Program-made: the position numbers and the translations under genes
Source of the DNA: Candidatus Woesearchaeota archaeon
GTDB taxonomy: Archaea; Nanobdellota; Nanobdellia; Woesearchaeales; GW2011-AR9
Direction of reading: 5' to 3'
Assembly (NCBI GenBank): GCA_016179955.1
Contig: JACPCD010000005.1
Location: 10,323-74,322, forward strand
DNA length: 64,000 nt
In this document: positions 25,134 to 34,141 of the stretch, one piece after another
Numbering within the stretch: position 1 is the first letter of the stretch
Layout of the letters: each line of letters begins with the position of its first letter
The notes under the pieces: generated by a model
What the model was told of the DNA's origin: nothing
The model's input: only the letters and a program-made list of their open reading frames with translations
The model's database searches: none

Positions 25134-26333
25134 ATGGAAAATTTTTTTATTTCAGAAGAAGCACAGGTTGGGTCTGGGGTCAGGGAAAGACTGGAACTTT
25201 TGCATAGAAGAAATAACGCCACAATTGTTATAGAAAAGAACGTTAAAATTTCTGATGATGTTATATTTTCTGATGTTTTGCAGTCTTTGTTCATAGGTCA
25301 ATACACCTTTATCGGTAAAAGAACATTTTTTGCTTTTAAACGAATAAATATAGGGGCTCATTGCAGTATCTTGGCCGGGATGTATTTCGGGAAAAGACAG
25401 ATGGAGACTTTTATTCCCGGCATACAAAAAGGTAGGATGGGCACATTTGATCAATTAACTATTGGGGTTGGTGCCCATATCTACGGGGATAGTGAAATTT
25501 ACGCTTTAAATGTAATTTTTGGAAACTTCCTGAGAATGAATAGCCGTGTCAAGATAGATGGGTATAAAGACTTCAAGGCCGGCCACAATGTTTGGGTTGG
25601 TAGCGATACTACCCTTAATGCTACTGGTGGTCTGGAGATAGGAAACAATACTGGCATTGGTGAAAAATGCTTAATCTGGAGCCATGGGTACTGGTCTGAT
25701 TTATTAGAAGGGTCAAATATATTTACCATTAAAAAAACCACCATTGGGGATGAATGCTGGGTAGCTGCGGGGACTTCCATCACTCCTGGAGTAAAAGTTG
25801 CTAACCGTGTATTGATGTTGCCTGAATCAAACGTGGTCAAGTCCATCGAAGAAGAAAACGTTGTTGTAGGTGGAAATCCAGCTAAAAAGATACAAAAAAT
25901 TGTCGGTGGACAGACAATAGACCTGGCCCATTTTTCCCCCAAGAGCCGGGAGGAGAAGTATGGTTATTTAAAGCAAGTTCTTAATGATTTCTGCAGGCGA
26001 TTCCAAAAAGTAGACCTAAAAGATGGCCAAAATTATACTACCTGGGATGTTTTGCAAGGGGGTTATTCTGGACAATTGTTTTTATTGTTAAATGAAAATA
26101 AAGATGATGACGTGGTTGACCTTTTATCTCACTCCACTGAAAATAAAGAGATATTGGTTTTCTCACCCCACGATGTTGGAAGTAATATCTCTACAAATTT
26201 TAATTATATGACCAGAACGCATTCTTCTTTGCTTAAAAATGATGGCTCTTATAATTTACTGGCTTTGGAATTCATTAAGGATTCCAATACTTATATCGCA
26301 AAATTTATCCCCCAGGATGGTTTTTATAAATAA
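25134..26333 (+). CDS. Left-handed beta-helix acyltransferase with a ~130-aa C-terminal domain of unknown function
   Basis: Hexapeptide-type repeats across residues ~40-250 (IGAHCSI, IGVGAHI, VGSDTTL, IGNNTGIG, IGDECWV, VVGGNPAK). Confidence 0.6.
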   Translation: MENFFISEEAQVGSGVRERLELLHRRNNATIVIEKNVKISDDVIFSDVLQSLFIGQYTFIGKRTFFAFKRINIGAHCSILAGMYFGKRQMETFIPGIQKGRMGTFDQLTIGVGAHIYGDSEIYALNVIFGNFLRMNSRVKIDGYKDFKAGHNVWVGSDTTLNATGGLEIGNNTGIGEKCLIWSHGYWSDLLEGSNIFTIKKTTIGDECWVAAGTSITPGVKVANRVLMLPESNVVKSIEEENVVVGGNPAKKIQKIVGGQTIDLAHFSPKSREEKYGYLKQVLNDFCRRFQKVDLKDGQNYTTWDVLQGGYSGQLFLLLNENKDDDVVDLLSHSTENKEILVFSPHDVGSNISTNFNYMTRTHSSLLKNDGSYNLLALEFIKDSNTYIAKFIPQDGFYK

Positions 26334-26839
26334 TGGCCATCAACATTAATGATTCAATGAATGGAGACGGAGCGGTCAATAAAGAAAATATAATGAAGAT
26401 AATGCCCTATCATGAAAAATTTTTAATGCTGGACCACGTAGAATTTTTAGATCATAAAAAAATAATTGCCATTAAAGATGTGCCTCTGGATGATTTTTGG
26501 GTTGGCTATCATTTTGTCAACTTTCCCATTATGCCTGGCGTCTTAATAATAGAATTTTTAGCCCAGGCAGGCAGTTTATTAGCTCGATATAATATTCCCC
26601 ATCATGAGGGAAAAGATATCCTGGCCCACACCATTAGCAATAGTCGTTTTATTCATCCGGTTTTCCCCGGGGATAGATTAAAATGCGAGGTCCTAATGTC
26701 TGAATTTAATGGGAACAAAGCGCTATTCCACGGAAAAGCCTGGGCAAATAATCAACTTTGCTCCGAGGCAGAGTTTACTTTAGCCGCAGTGGATAAAGAG
26801 AGATTTAGAAATAAATTTATGAACGTCAACAAAAGGTAA
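26333..26839 (+). CDS. FabZ/FabA-like hot-dog 3-hydroxyacyl thioester dehydratase
   Basis: MPYHEKFLMLDHV...GYHFVNFPIMPGVLIIEFLAQAG includes the catalytic His and Glu positions of FabZ. Confidence 0.75.
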   Translation: MAININDSMNGDGAVNKENIMKIMPYHEKFLMLDHVEFLDHKKIIAIKDVPLDDFWVGYHFVNFPIMPGVLIIEFLAQAGSLLARYNIPHHEGKDILAHTISNSRFIHPVFPGDRLKCEVLMSEFNGNKALFHGKAWANNQLCSEAEFTLAAVDKERFRNKFMNVNKR

Positions 26840-26842
26840 TTT

Positions 26843-28174
26843 ATGGATAAAGAAAAAGTTTTCATATTTGATATGGACGGGGTAATAACCGACACGAAAA
26901 ATGGGTTGTATGCTCTTTATCAAGAGTTTATAGAATCTTTTGGCAAGAAAATAGGTCCCGGTGAATGCAGCCGGCTTGATGGCCCAAAAATAGAAGAAAT
27001 AATTACATACGCAAAGAAAGAACACGATCTTCCCGGAAGCCATCAGGAATTGTTGGAAAAATACAATCAAAAAATTGAAACAATATATCAATCAGTAAAA
27101 TTAGTTGCAAATGTTCGAGGAGTTATCGAAACTCTTCATAAAAATAAATTTAAAATTGCTTTAGCTAGTTCTTCTAAAAGAAAGAACATCAATGTAGTAC
27201 TGCAAAAATTTAAAATTGGAAGTTATTTTGATTTCATTGTTTCTGGCGACGAGGTCTCTGCCGCCAAACCTTCCCCAGAAATATATAACCGTGTGCGAGA
27301 TCATTTTGGAGATAAAGAATATTATGTCATTGAAGATTCCCTCCACGGCGTTACCTCGGCAATAAACGCCGGAATGAACGTCATCTTCTTCAACCCTTAC
27401 CGGCAAACAAAACCTAACGGCATTACTTACACTATTTCTCGGATGGAGGAGATGAAGAGAATAATCTCTGAGATTAAAGCGGATTGTAAAATTATCGCTC
27501 TTGCCCGGGACATAAAAGTTAATATCAAACAACCGGAATTGTCATTTTCTTCAAATGATTTAGGGATTATTGATGCTCTCTGGAATCAAGAAAAAACAAA
27601 AAATTCATTTTTATTCAATGGGAAAATGGTCAGTTATCATTCTCACTATTTTGAATCAAACCAATTAATTATTAATTGTTTTATAACCGAATATAAATAT
27701 TTTGTTGCTAAACTTAAACTACCCTCTTTAAATATCCCCATCTGTCCTTTGGCAGTAAGTGGCGTAATCATTGACAGCGAAGGTAAAGTCCTTCTCGGCC
27801 AAAGAAAAAAAGTTACCGAATACGAAAACTTCTATGAGTTTGTTCCTTCCGGGGGGCTTAATGCTAATAATATGGTTGGTGACACCATCTCTTTTGAAAA
27901 GCAAATTAAAGCAGAATTTAGGGAAGAGACCGGAATGGGCCCGGATTATATTAAAGAAATAACCCCTTTTTGCGTTATTTTAGACAAAAAACACTGGGTC
28001 TACGATATTTGCTCTAAAATATTCTTAAAGACAGCTTTTCCCGCTCTTTTTGAAACTGAAGAATATAACCACCTTCATCCCCTGCGTCTCCAAGATATTT
28101 TGGGATTTATTAATAATCAAAATATTGTACCAACTTCTTCCCTTCTTCTTGGAATTATGAATGAAGGTGAATAG
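26843..28174 (+). CDS. Fusion of a HAD-superfamily phosphatase with a C-terminal Nudix-like domain
   Basis: N-terminal FIFDMDGVITDT (HAD motif I), ALASSS (motif II), IEDSLHG (motif IV region). C-terminal ...PSGGLNANNMVGDTISFEKQIKAEFREETGM resembles a Nudix box (REUxEExGU with Arg replaced by Ala and unusual spacing). Confidence 0.6.
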   Translation: MDKEKVFIFDMDGVITDTKNGLYALYQEFIESFGKKIGPGECSRLDGPKIEEIITYAKKEHDLPGSHQELLEKYNQKIETIYQSVKLVANVRGVIETLHKNKFKIALASSSKRKNINVVLQKFKIGSYFDFIVSGDEVSAAKPSPEIYNRVRDHFGDKEYYVIEDSLHGVTSAINAGMNVIFFNPYRQTKPNGITYTISRMEEMKRIISEIKADCKIIALARDIKVNIKQPELSFSSNDLGIIDALWNQEKTKNSFLFNGKMVSYHSHYFESNQLIINCFITEYKYFVAKLKLPSLNIPICPLAVSGVIIDSEGKVLLGQRKKVTEYENFYEFVPSGGLNANNMVGDTISFEKQIKAEFREETGMGPDYIKEITPFCVILDKKHWVYDICSKIFLKTAFPALFETEEYNHLHPLRLQDILGFINNQNIVPTSSLLLGIMNEGE

Positions 28175-28225
28175 GTCAGCAAAATAATCGGGATGTAGTC
28201 TAGGGGCAGGTTTGGTGGCTCACGT

Positions 28226-29257
28226 TTATCTATCAACGTGATTGATACTAATTGTCCTTTTATCCCGAGCTGACTGCTTAGCTGCTTCTACTAGTTTCAA
28301 GGTAGAAATACTATTGGCAATATCATTCATGGTTGGAGAATATTTTTCAACGCAGGATAAGAAATAATCTAATTCTTGGGTATACATGTAATTAGGATCA
28401 ATTATCAGCTCTTTCTCTTTTAGTGGATCTGCTGGTAATCCAAATATCCTAATCGTGGTTTTTTCCGGCGCATTGCCTATGCTTTCCCAGGTAATTGTTT
28501 TTTTCTCCCCCACTACTTCGTATCCCCGGCGCTTTGTCTTCTGCAGGCAATCAAAATGAAGCTGGGCAAGTATACCTGTTTTGAATTTCAGAGTAATTTC
28601 TGCCAGATCTTCAGCATCTATTTCTAAATCACTCACCTTGGCAATGGTGGCAGAAACCCCCTCTACTTTGCCAAAGAGCCAACACAGATAATCAAATTCA
28701 TGAATCCCCTCTAAAAGCATTCCTCCCCCTTCTGCTGCTTTGGCAGAGTACGTTTGACGATAATCAATTGTACGCCAAAACGGCAAATACTGGCCAACAT
28801 AAACATGGACAGAATAAATTTTTCCCAATTCTTCAGAGGAAAGCACCCGGCGCAATTCTTGAATGGCGGGGTGAAACCGCATATTGCAGCCAATTAATGT
28901 TATATTTTCCTTTTCTTCTGCAATAATTCTAATTTCTTCTAGTTCAGGAGAAGTATTTACTGCTATTGGTTTTTCAATAAAAACATCGCAGCCGGCAGAC
29001 AGCGCTGCCTTAGCCGGAGCTATATGGTAATTAGTAGGAGTACAAATAAAGACCGCCTTTTGTCTTTTAAGTTCTTCTGGCGTAATTCCTTCAACGAAAG
29101 TGAACCCATATCTCCCAGCAGCATTCCTTGCTTTTTCTGCATCAACATCAAATAAAAAGACGTTCATATTTTTAGCCTTCAGATTTTGTGCATGCCGAAG
29201 TCCGATGGAACCTACGCCAATTACTAAAGCATTATTCTGAGGTAGATTTTCTTTCAT
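28226..29257 (-). CDS. Gfo/Idh/MocA-family oxidoreductase
   Basis: ALVIGVGSIGLRH Rossmann motif and EKPIA. Last gene of the pseB-pseC-cytidylyltransferase run. Confidence 0.75.
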   Translation of the reverse strand: MKENLPQNNALVIGVGSIGLRHAQNLKAKNMNVFLFDVDAEKARNAAGRYGFTFVEGITPEELKRQKAVFICTPTNYHIAPAKAALSAGCDVFIEKPIAVNTSPELEEIRIIAEEKENITLIGCNMRFHPAIQELRRVLSSEELGKIYSVHVYVGQYLPFWRTIDYRQTYSAKAAEGGGMLLEGIHEFDYLCWLFGKVEGVSATIAKVSDLEIDAEDLAEITLKFKTGILAQLHFDCLQKTKRRGYEVVGEKKTITWESIGNAPEKTTIRIFGLPADPLKEKELIIDPNYMYTQELDYFLSCVEKYSPTMNDIANSISTLKLVEAAKQSARDKRTISINHVDR

Positions 29258-29363
29258 TTTTTGCTGAGTTGATACCCTGCCCCTTGGGGCGACTTCATTG
29301 TTTAATGCCTGCTGTTTCCAGCAAACATTAAAAATACCCCGCCGCTTGCGGTGATTTGGATTT

Positions 29364-30104
29364 TTATTTTGTGGTTTTATCTATTATATTTTTTTCAATA
29401 ATATTTTTACATAGTCCAAATTCAAATCCATCTGCTATGTGTATAGACCTTTCTTTAGGCATTTTGTAGATGGCCATTTTTTCACCAAAGAAATGCCTTA
29501 CATTGAAAAGTTGGTTTATTTTCATTATTTTAATTGCGCCATTAGGCGAATAAACTGGAGGAAGCTCTGTCCGTGATTTCAGAAATTTTTCTCCAAAATA
29601 TAATTTGCCGTATCCTGGTTCATATTCATCAACCACCCAGTGGAAAAAATGGGGATCAACTTCAGAAACGGAAACCAAGGAATTGGCACCAGTTTCCTTA
29701 AATTGAAGATAACTTTTAACGATGTCTTCCGCGGTACGCAGAGGAGAGGTCGGCTGCAGGCAGATCAAGTCATCAAACTCTAATTCCTTGGTCTCTTTCA
29801 ATATTTTAAGCGCATACAAAGATGGCTTGACGACTTCGGTGGTGTCCCTGGCCAATTCCAGCGGAAGTTTAAAAGGAATTGCCCCATAGCTGTGAGCATG
29901 CTGGAGAATTTCATCATCATCCGAAAGGACATAAATATGCGGGGTAATTAAAGAATTTCTTGCTGCCGCAACTGAATAATAAAATAATGGTTTATCAGCA
30001 ATGGGCAAACAGTTCTTTCGGGGCAATCTTTTTGATCCGCCACGGGCAGGAATAACTATAATGGTCCTTTCTGATAGATATTTTTGGAAAGAATCAGGCA
30101 TCAT
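29364..30104 (-). CDS. CMP-nonulosonate synthetase (acylneuraminate cytidylyltransferase family; PseF-like)
   Basis: IIVIPARGGSKRLPRKN, and QPTSPLR. Confidence 0.75.
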   Translation of the reverse strand: MMPDSFQKYLSERTIIVIPARGGSKRLPRKNCLPIADKPLFYYSVAAARNSLITPHIYVLSDDDEILQHAHSYGAIPFKLPLELARDTTEVVKPSLYALKILKETKELEFDDLICLQPTSPLRTAEDIVKSYLQFKETGANSLVSVSEVDPHFFHWVVDEYEPGYGKLYFGEKFLKSRTELPPVYSPNGAIKIMKINQLFNVRHFFGEKMAIYKMPKERSIHIADGFEFGLCKNIIEKNIIDKTTK

Positions 30105-31233
30105 GTAATATTCTCTTGACCGTTTGAATAATGAACTCTTGTTGTTTGGTACTCAAGGAAGGGTATATGGGCAGCGAAATTATACTTTTGAACGTGCGGT
30201 GAGTTATCGGGTAATCTTCTGCCTTCCAGCCAAATCTTTTGTGGTAAGTGAATTCATATGCCGGGATGTGGTGAACATTAACGCCAATCCCATTCTCTCT
30301 CATCTTCTTAAAAAATAAGTCCCGCTCATAATTTCCAATTAAAATTGGATATAAATGCCAGGCATGCCGAACTTTCTCTCTTACGATGGGCACCCGGAGG
30401 TGGGGATGTCCTTGCAGGGCTGCGGTATAACGCCAGGCAATAGTCTCCCGCTGTTGGATAAACCCATCTAATTTTGCCAATTGTGATAATCCCAAAGCAG
30501 ACTGGAAATCTGTAAGACGATAGTTTCGTGCTAGATGGAGAACATCGTAAGACCATTCCGCCTGCGGTCCAAATCGTTCCTGAACTTCTTTATTGATGCC
30601 ATGGTTGCGCAAAAGACGCAATGTATGGTCAAATTCTTTATTATTGGTGAGCACCATCCCCCCCTCACCAGTCGTGATATGTTTTACGGGATGGAAACTC
30701 AAAACGGTCATGTCAGCAAAAGAGCCGATTTTCTGGTCGTTATATTCAGCGCCTAAAGCCTGGGCCGAATCCTCTATCAAAAAGAGCCGGTGCTCTTGGG
30801 CTATCTTCTGCAGTTCTTCAATATTACACGGTTGTCCGGCATAATTAACATACAGGAGGGCCTTGGTCTTGGGGGTTATCTTCTTCCGGACTGAAGCAGG
30901 ATTAATATTATAAGTTTCAGAATCAATATCGGCTAAGACGGGGATACAGTTGTTGAAGAGTATGCTGTTGATGGTGGCAATGAAAGTGAAGGGGGTGGTA
31001 ATTATCTCTGATCCTGGCGCGAGTCCCAATGCCTGAATGGCCATATCCAACGCAGCGGTCCCGCTACTTACTGCTATCCCGTACGTTGCATTACAATATC
31101 TGGCAACTGCCTCTTCAAACTCTTTTACCTTTGGCCCGGTCGTTATCCAATCACTTTCTAAAACAGTGGCTACTGCCCTAATATCGTCAGCAGCAATGGC
31201 CTGTTTTCCATAAGGGATATATTCAGTATCCAT
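30094..31233 (-). CDS. pseC: UDP-4-amino-4,6-dideoxy-hexose aminotransferase (PseC-like, DegT family)
   Basis: IPYGKQAIAADDIRAVATVLESDWITTGPKV and LSFHPVKHITTGEGG. Confidence 0.75.
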   Translation of the reverse strand: MDTEYIPYGKQAIAADDIRAVATVLESDWITTGPKVKEFEEAVARYCNATYGIAVSSGTAALDMAIQALGLAPGSEIITTPFTFIATINSILFNNCIPVLADIDSETYNINPASVRKKITPKTKALLYVNYAGQPCNIEELQKIAQEHRLFLIEDSAQALGAEYNDQKIGSFADMTVLSFHPVKHITTGEGGMVLTNNKEFDHTLRLLRNHGINKEVQERFGPQAEWSYDVLHLARNYRLTDFQSALGLSQLAKLDGFIQQRETIAWRYTAALQGHPHLRVPIVREKVRHAWHLYPILIGNYERDLFFKKMRENGIGVNVHHIPAYEFTYHKRFGWKAEDYPITHRTFKSIISLPIYPSLSTKQQEFIIQTVKRILHDA

Positions 31234-32260
31234 GGTACGGGCCTATACTTTCTAGGATTTTGTTTTCCATGAGGGCCTCAAATAACTTTTCCTCACTGAT
31301 TAAGAAATCTTTTGAATTTAATTCTGTAGAATTAATAAGCGGGGCACTTTCCAGATGCTGAAAATGTGTTCCCTGCTGATATTTGTCAATATCTGACCGG
31401 ACCACATAAAAATTCTCCAATTGGTGCGTTCTCCTTGATTCTGTTTCATTGATAAGCACTTCATGAATTTTCTCCCCTGGCCGTATCCCGATTACTTTTG
31501 TTTTTATCTCTTTATGGTAATATTTGGTGAGAACCGTAATAAGATCTACAATCTTAAAAGAATTAAGTTTTGGGATAAAAATCTCACCGCCTCGGCTATG
31601 TATTATCGAATTAAAAATCAAATCGACGGCTTGGTTGGGGGTGATTAGAAATCTGGTCATACGTTCATCCGTTAGCGTTATTTCCTCCTGGTGAAGGATG
31701 CTGTGGATAAATGAAGGGATTACGGAGCCGGTACTGTCTAATACGTTCCCATAACGGACGGATAAGAAAATTGTATCTGCCGAACCTTTGCTGTAGTTTG
31801 ATTCAGTGAATATCCGCTCCCCGATAAATTTACAGGCTCCATACGTGTTGACCGGCGAGCACGCCTTATCGGTCGACACAAACACAGCTTTTTTGACGTT
31901 TTCATCCCAGCAGGCCTTAGCCACATTAAGTGTTCCCAAGACATTCGTTTGTATTGCTTCCTCCACATTATATTCGATTATATCAATGCGCTTTAAAGCT
32001 GCCGCATGAATGACAATATCCACGCCTTTCAGTGCCTTACGAAGCCGGCTGTAATCACGAACATCGCCAATGAGATGTCGTAGCTGGGGGTGGTTATTAA
32101 ACTTGGTTTGGGTATGAAAATGCTTTACCTCATCCCGGCTAAATAATCTGATGCTTTTGGGATTATACGGAAGAATTCTCTGCACCAGCTTATTTCCCAA
32201 AAAACCGGTGCCGCCAGTAATAAGAATAACTTTATCTCTAAATAAGTCCCCATAAAGCAT
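31223..32260 (-). CDS. pseB: UDP-GlcNAc 4,6-dehydratase (PseB/CapD-like SDR)
   Basis: VILITGGTGFLGNKL, FSRDE, GDVRD, HAAALK, STDKA...YGACK. Start set at ATG 32260 (MLYGD...), which lies 26.5 nt from the TATA centre. The track start at 32335 adds 25 poorly conserved-looking residues. Confidence 0.75.
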   Translation of the reverse strand: MLYGDLFRDKVILITGGTGFLGNKLVQRILPYNPKSIRLFSRDEVKHFHTQTKFNNHPQLRHLIGDVRDYSRLRKALKGVDIVIHAAALKRIDIIEYNVEEAIQTNVLGTLNVAKACWDENVKKAVFVSTDKACSPVNTYGACKFIGERIFTESNYSKGSADTIFLSVRYGNVLDSTGSVIPSFIHSILHQEEITLTDERMTRFLITPNQAVDLIFNSIIHSRGGEIFIPKLNSFKIVDLITVLTKYYHKEIKTKVIGIRPGEKIHEVLINETESRRTHQLENFYVVRSDIDKYQQGTHFQHLESAPLINSTELNSKDFLISEEKLFEALMENKILESIGPYHGY

Positions 32261-32282
32261 ACTTTGTTTCGCTTTTTTCTCA

Positions 32283-32302
32283 TTTAAAAATGTTCCGGAA
32301 CA
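32283..32302 (-). promoter_or_regulatory. TATA-like TTTAAAAA + 2 nt + decamer TTCCGGAACA (part of the perfect palindrome TGTTCCGGAACA) for the pseB operon
   Basis: Measured by hand. Same 2-nt spacing as the three other sites. Confidence 0.55.
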
Positions 32303-32363
32303 ATGATTAGATACCAAAATCCAACCTGCCACCACTAGGTCAAGTGAAGCAATCGAGAACCAT

Positions 32364-32384
32364 TGTTCCTAAACGCTTTTAAAT
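32364..32384 (+). promoter_or_regulatory. Decamer variant TGTTCCTAAA + 3 nt + TATA-like TTTTAAAT for the second cytidylyltransferase
   Basis: TATA centre is 27.5 nt upstream of ATG 32408. The decamer matches at 8/10 positions. Confidence 0.45.
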
Positions 32385-32407
32385 CATTTTCTGCCCCTCA
32401 CCATCTA

Positions 32408-33115
32408 ATGATTCAGCACCAACGTGTTTTAGCATATATCCCTATCCGCAGCGGCTCCAAGAGCATTCCCGATAAGAATATTATCGACGTAGGGGGAAAA
32501 CCGCTGGTAGCACACTCGATCGAGGCCGCCAAAAAGAGCCGGTATGTTGATAAGATTATTGTTTCTACCGATTCTCCGCGATATGCTGAAATCGTTAAAG
32601 AATATGGGGCCGAAGCACCCTTTCTTCGGCCAGCGGAACTTGCTGATGACACTGCCATCGAGATGGATGCCTGCCAGCACATGATGGGGTGGGTGGAGAA
32701 AAATTGGGCTGATAAATTCGATATCCTTGTCAAACTAGAAGCGACTTCCCCTCTGCGGACGGTAGAGGACATAGATAAAGCCATTGAAGAATTAGTGGAA
32801 AAAAGTGCCGATACTGTGGTTACGGTCACGGAAGCGTTTACTCATCCATTTTGGATGAATATCCTTCCCGCAGACCATTCCCTGAAGAATTTCATTGCCC
32901 CAGACATCGCCAGAAAAAATCGCCAGCAATTACCTACTTACTATCAACTGGACGGCGTGGTGTATGTTGCCCGCTGGAATTTCCTGAAACAACATAAAAC
33001 CTGGTTCGCTGACAATAGTTATGCTACTATCACCCCTAATAGCCGGGCGGTTGATATTGATACCATCTCTCAATTGGAGTTAGTGAGGATACTTATAAAA
33101 AATAGCCAACCCTAG
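32408..33115 (+). CDS. Second CMP-nonulosonate synthetase paralog (NeuA/LegF/PseF family)
   Basis: VLAYIPIRSGSKSIPDKN and EATSPLR. The track start at 32363 is a TTG; ATG 32408 fits the leaderless geometry. Confidence 0.75.
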   Translation: MIQHQRVLAYIPIRSGSKSIPDKNIIDVGGKPLVAHSIEAAKKSRYVDKIIVSTDSPRYAEIVKEYGAEAPFLRPAELADDTAIEMDACQHMMGWVEKNWADKFDILVKLEATSPLRTVEDIDKAIEELVEKSADTVVTVTEAFTHPFWMNILPADHSLKNFIAPDIARKNRQQLPTYYQLDGVVYVARWNFLKQHKTWFADNSYATITPNSRAVDIDTISQLELVRILIKNSQP

Positions 33116-33133
33116 TAAATCACAATTAAATGT

Positions 33134-34132
33134 TTACGACATGAATAATCCCCCATTAATATTAAATGTTTGCCCAGTAATATAATTTGATTTATCTGAG
33201 ATTAAAAAATGCACTAATTTTGCAACCTCTTCCGGCTCTCCGAACCTCTGCAGGGGAATCTGGCGCATTATGTCCTGTATGGTTCCTGGCGGTATTGTTT
33301 CGGTCATCTTGGTGTTGATAAATCCCGGGGCAACAGCATTAACTAATATCTTATCTTTAGCATATTCCTTGGCGATAGTTTTAGTGAACGCTATAATCCC
33401 TCCTTTTGTTGCCGCATAATTGGCCTGCCCAATATTGCCGGTTTCGCCAACGATGGACGAGATGTTCACTATCTTCCCCCCACCCTGTTTTTGCATTTGT
33501 TTGATAACCGCTTTGGTGCAGTTAAAAGTCCCCGTTAAATTGGTGGAGATAACTTGATCCCACATTTCTACCCCCATATTCTCTAATTTTTTATCCCGAG
33601 TAATCCCTGCATTATTGATGAGAATATTTATTTTCCCGTATTCTTCTATAATTTGTTTAACCATCTCCTCTACTTTTTGGTAATTAGAAATGTCGGTAGG
33701 GATATATGTTGATTTTCGTCCAATTTTTCTAATCTCATTTGCCAGTTCTTCCCCTTCGGGAAGGAACTTGCTATTGTTAACAACAATATCTGCTCCGTTC
33801 TTTGCTAATTCCAACGCAATTGCGCGGCCAATTCCTCTCAGGCTTCCGGTAACCAAGGCAACTTCTGCGGTTTCTTCTTTTGTTTCTTCTACCATCACCG
33901 GTATAAAAAAGTTTATCTCCCCATACATATTCTCAATGGGCCGGATTTTCCCCTGTAAGCCAATGGACAGCACCTTGCGGTATTTTTTATCTATTTGGGT
34001 AATTAATCGTTCTCTCTGTTCGTTTTCAACCATTCCCACCAAGTATCCTGCTTCATATGGTGGGAGGGGCGTCGCTGTTTCAGAGTAAGTTATTAAAGTC
34101 CACGATTGATCTCTGCTTTTTATTATCCCCAT
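33134..34132 (-). CDS. Fusion of an N-terminal DUF35-like OB-fold domain with a FabG-type 3-oxoacyl reductase (SDR)
   Basis: The C-terminal ~245 aa carry VALVTGSLRGIGRAIA, NNAGITRD, YAATKGG (SDR TGxxxGxG, NNAG, YxxxK). The N-terminal ~85 aa resemble the OB-fold partner of archaeal-type thiolases. Confidence 0.7.
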   Translation of the reverse strand: MGIIKSRDQSWTLITYSETATPLPPYEAGYLVGMVENEQRERLITQIDKKYRKVLSIGLQGKIRPIENMYGEINFFIPVMVEETKEETAEVALVTGSLRGIGRAIALELAKNGADIVVNNSKFLPEGEELANEIRKIGRKSTYIPTDISNYQKVEEMVKQIIEEYGKINILINNAGITRDKKLENMGVEMWDQVISTNLTGTFNCTKAVIKQMQKQGGGKIVNISSIVGETGNIGQANYAATKGGIIAFTKTIAKEYAKDKILVNAVAPGFINTKMTETIPPGTIQDIMRQIPLQRFGEPEEVAKLVHFLISDKSNYITGQTFNINGGLFMS

Positions 34133-34141
34133 ATCTTTTTA

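Noticed and set aside
29258-29363. Small GC palindromes (GCCCCTTGGGGC, CCGCTTGCGG) and an AT hairpin between the cytidylyltransferase and oxidoreductase genes
   Set aside because: The stems are only 3-7 bp with minimal loops. This is probably an incidental or weak intra-operon structure, and I cannot support a function.
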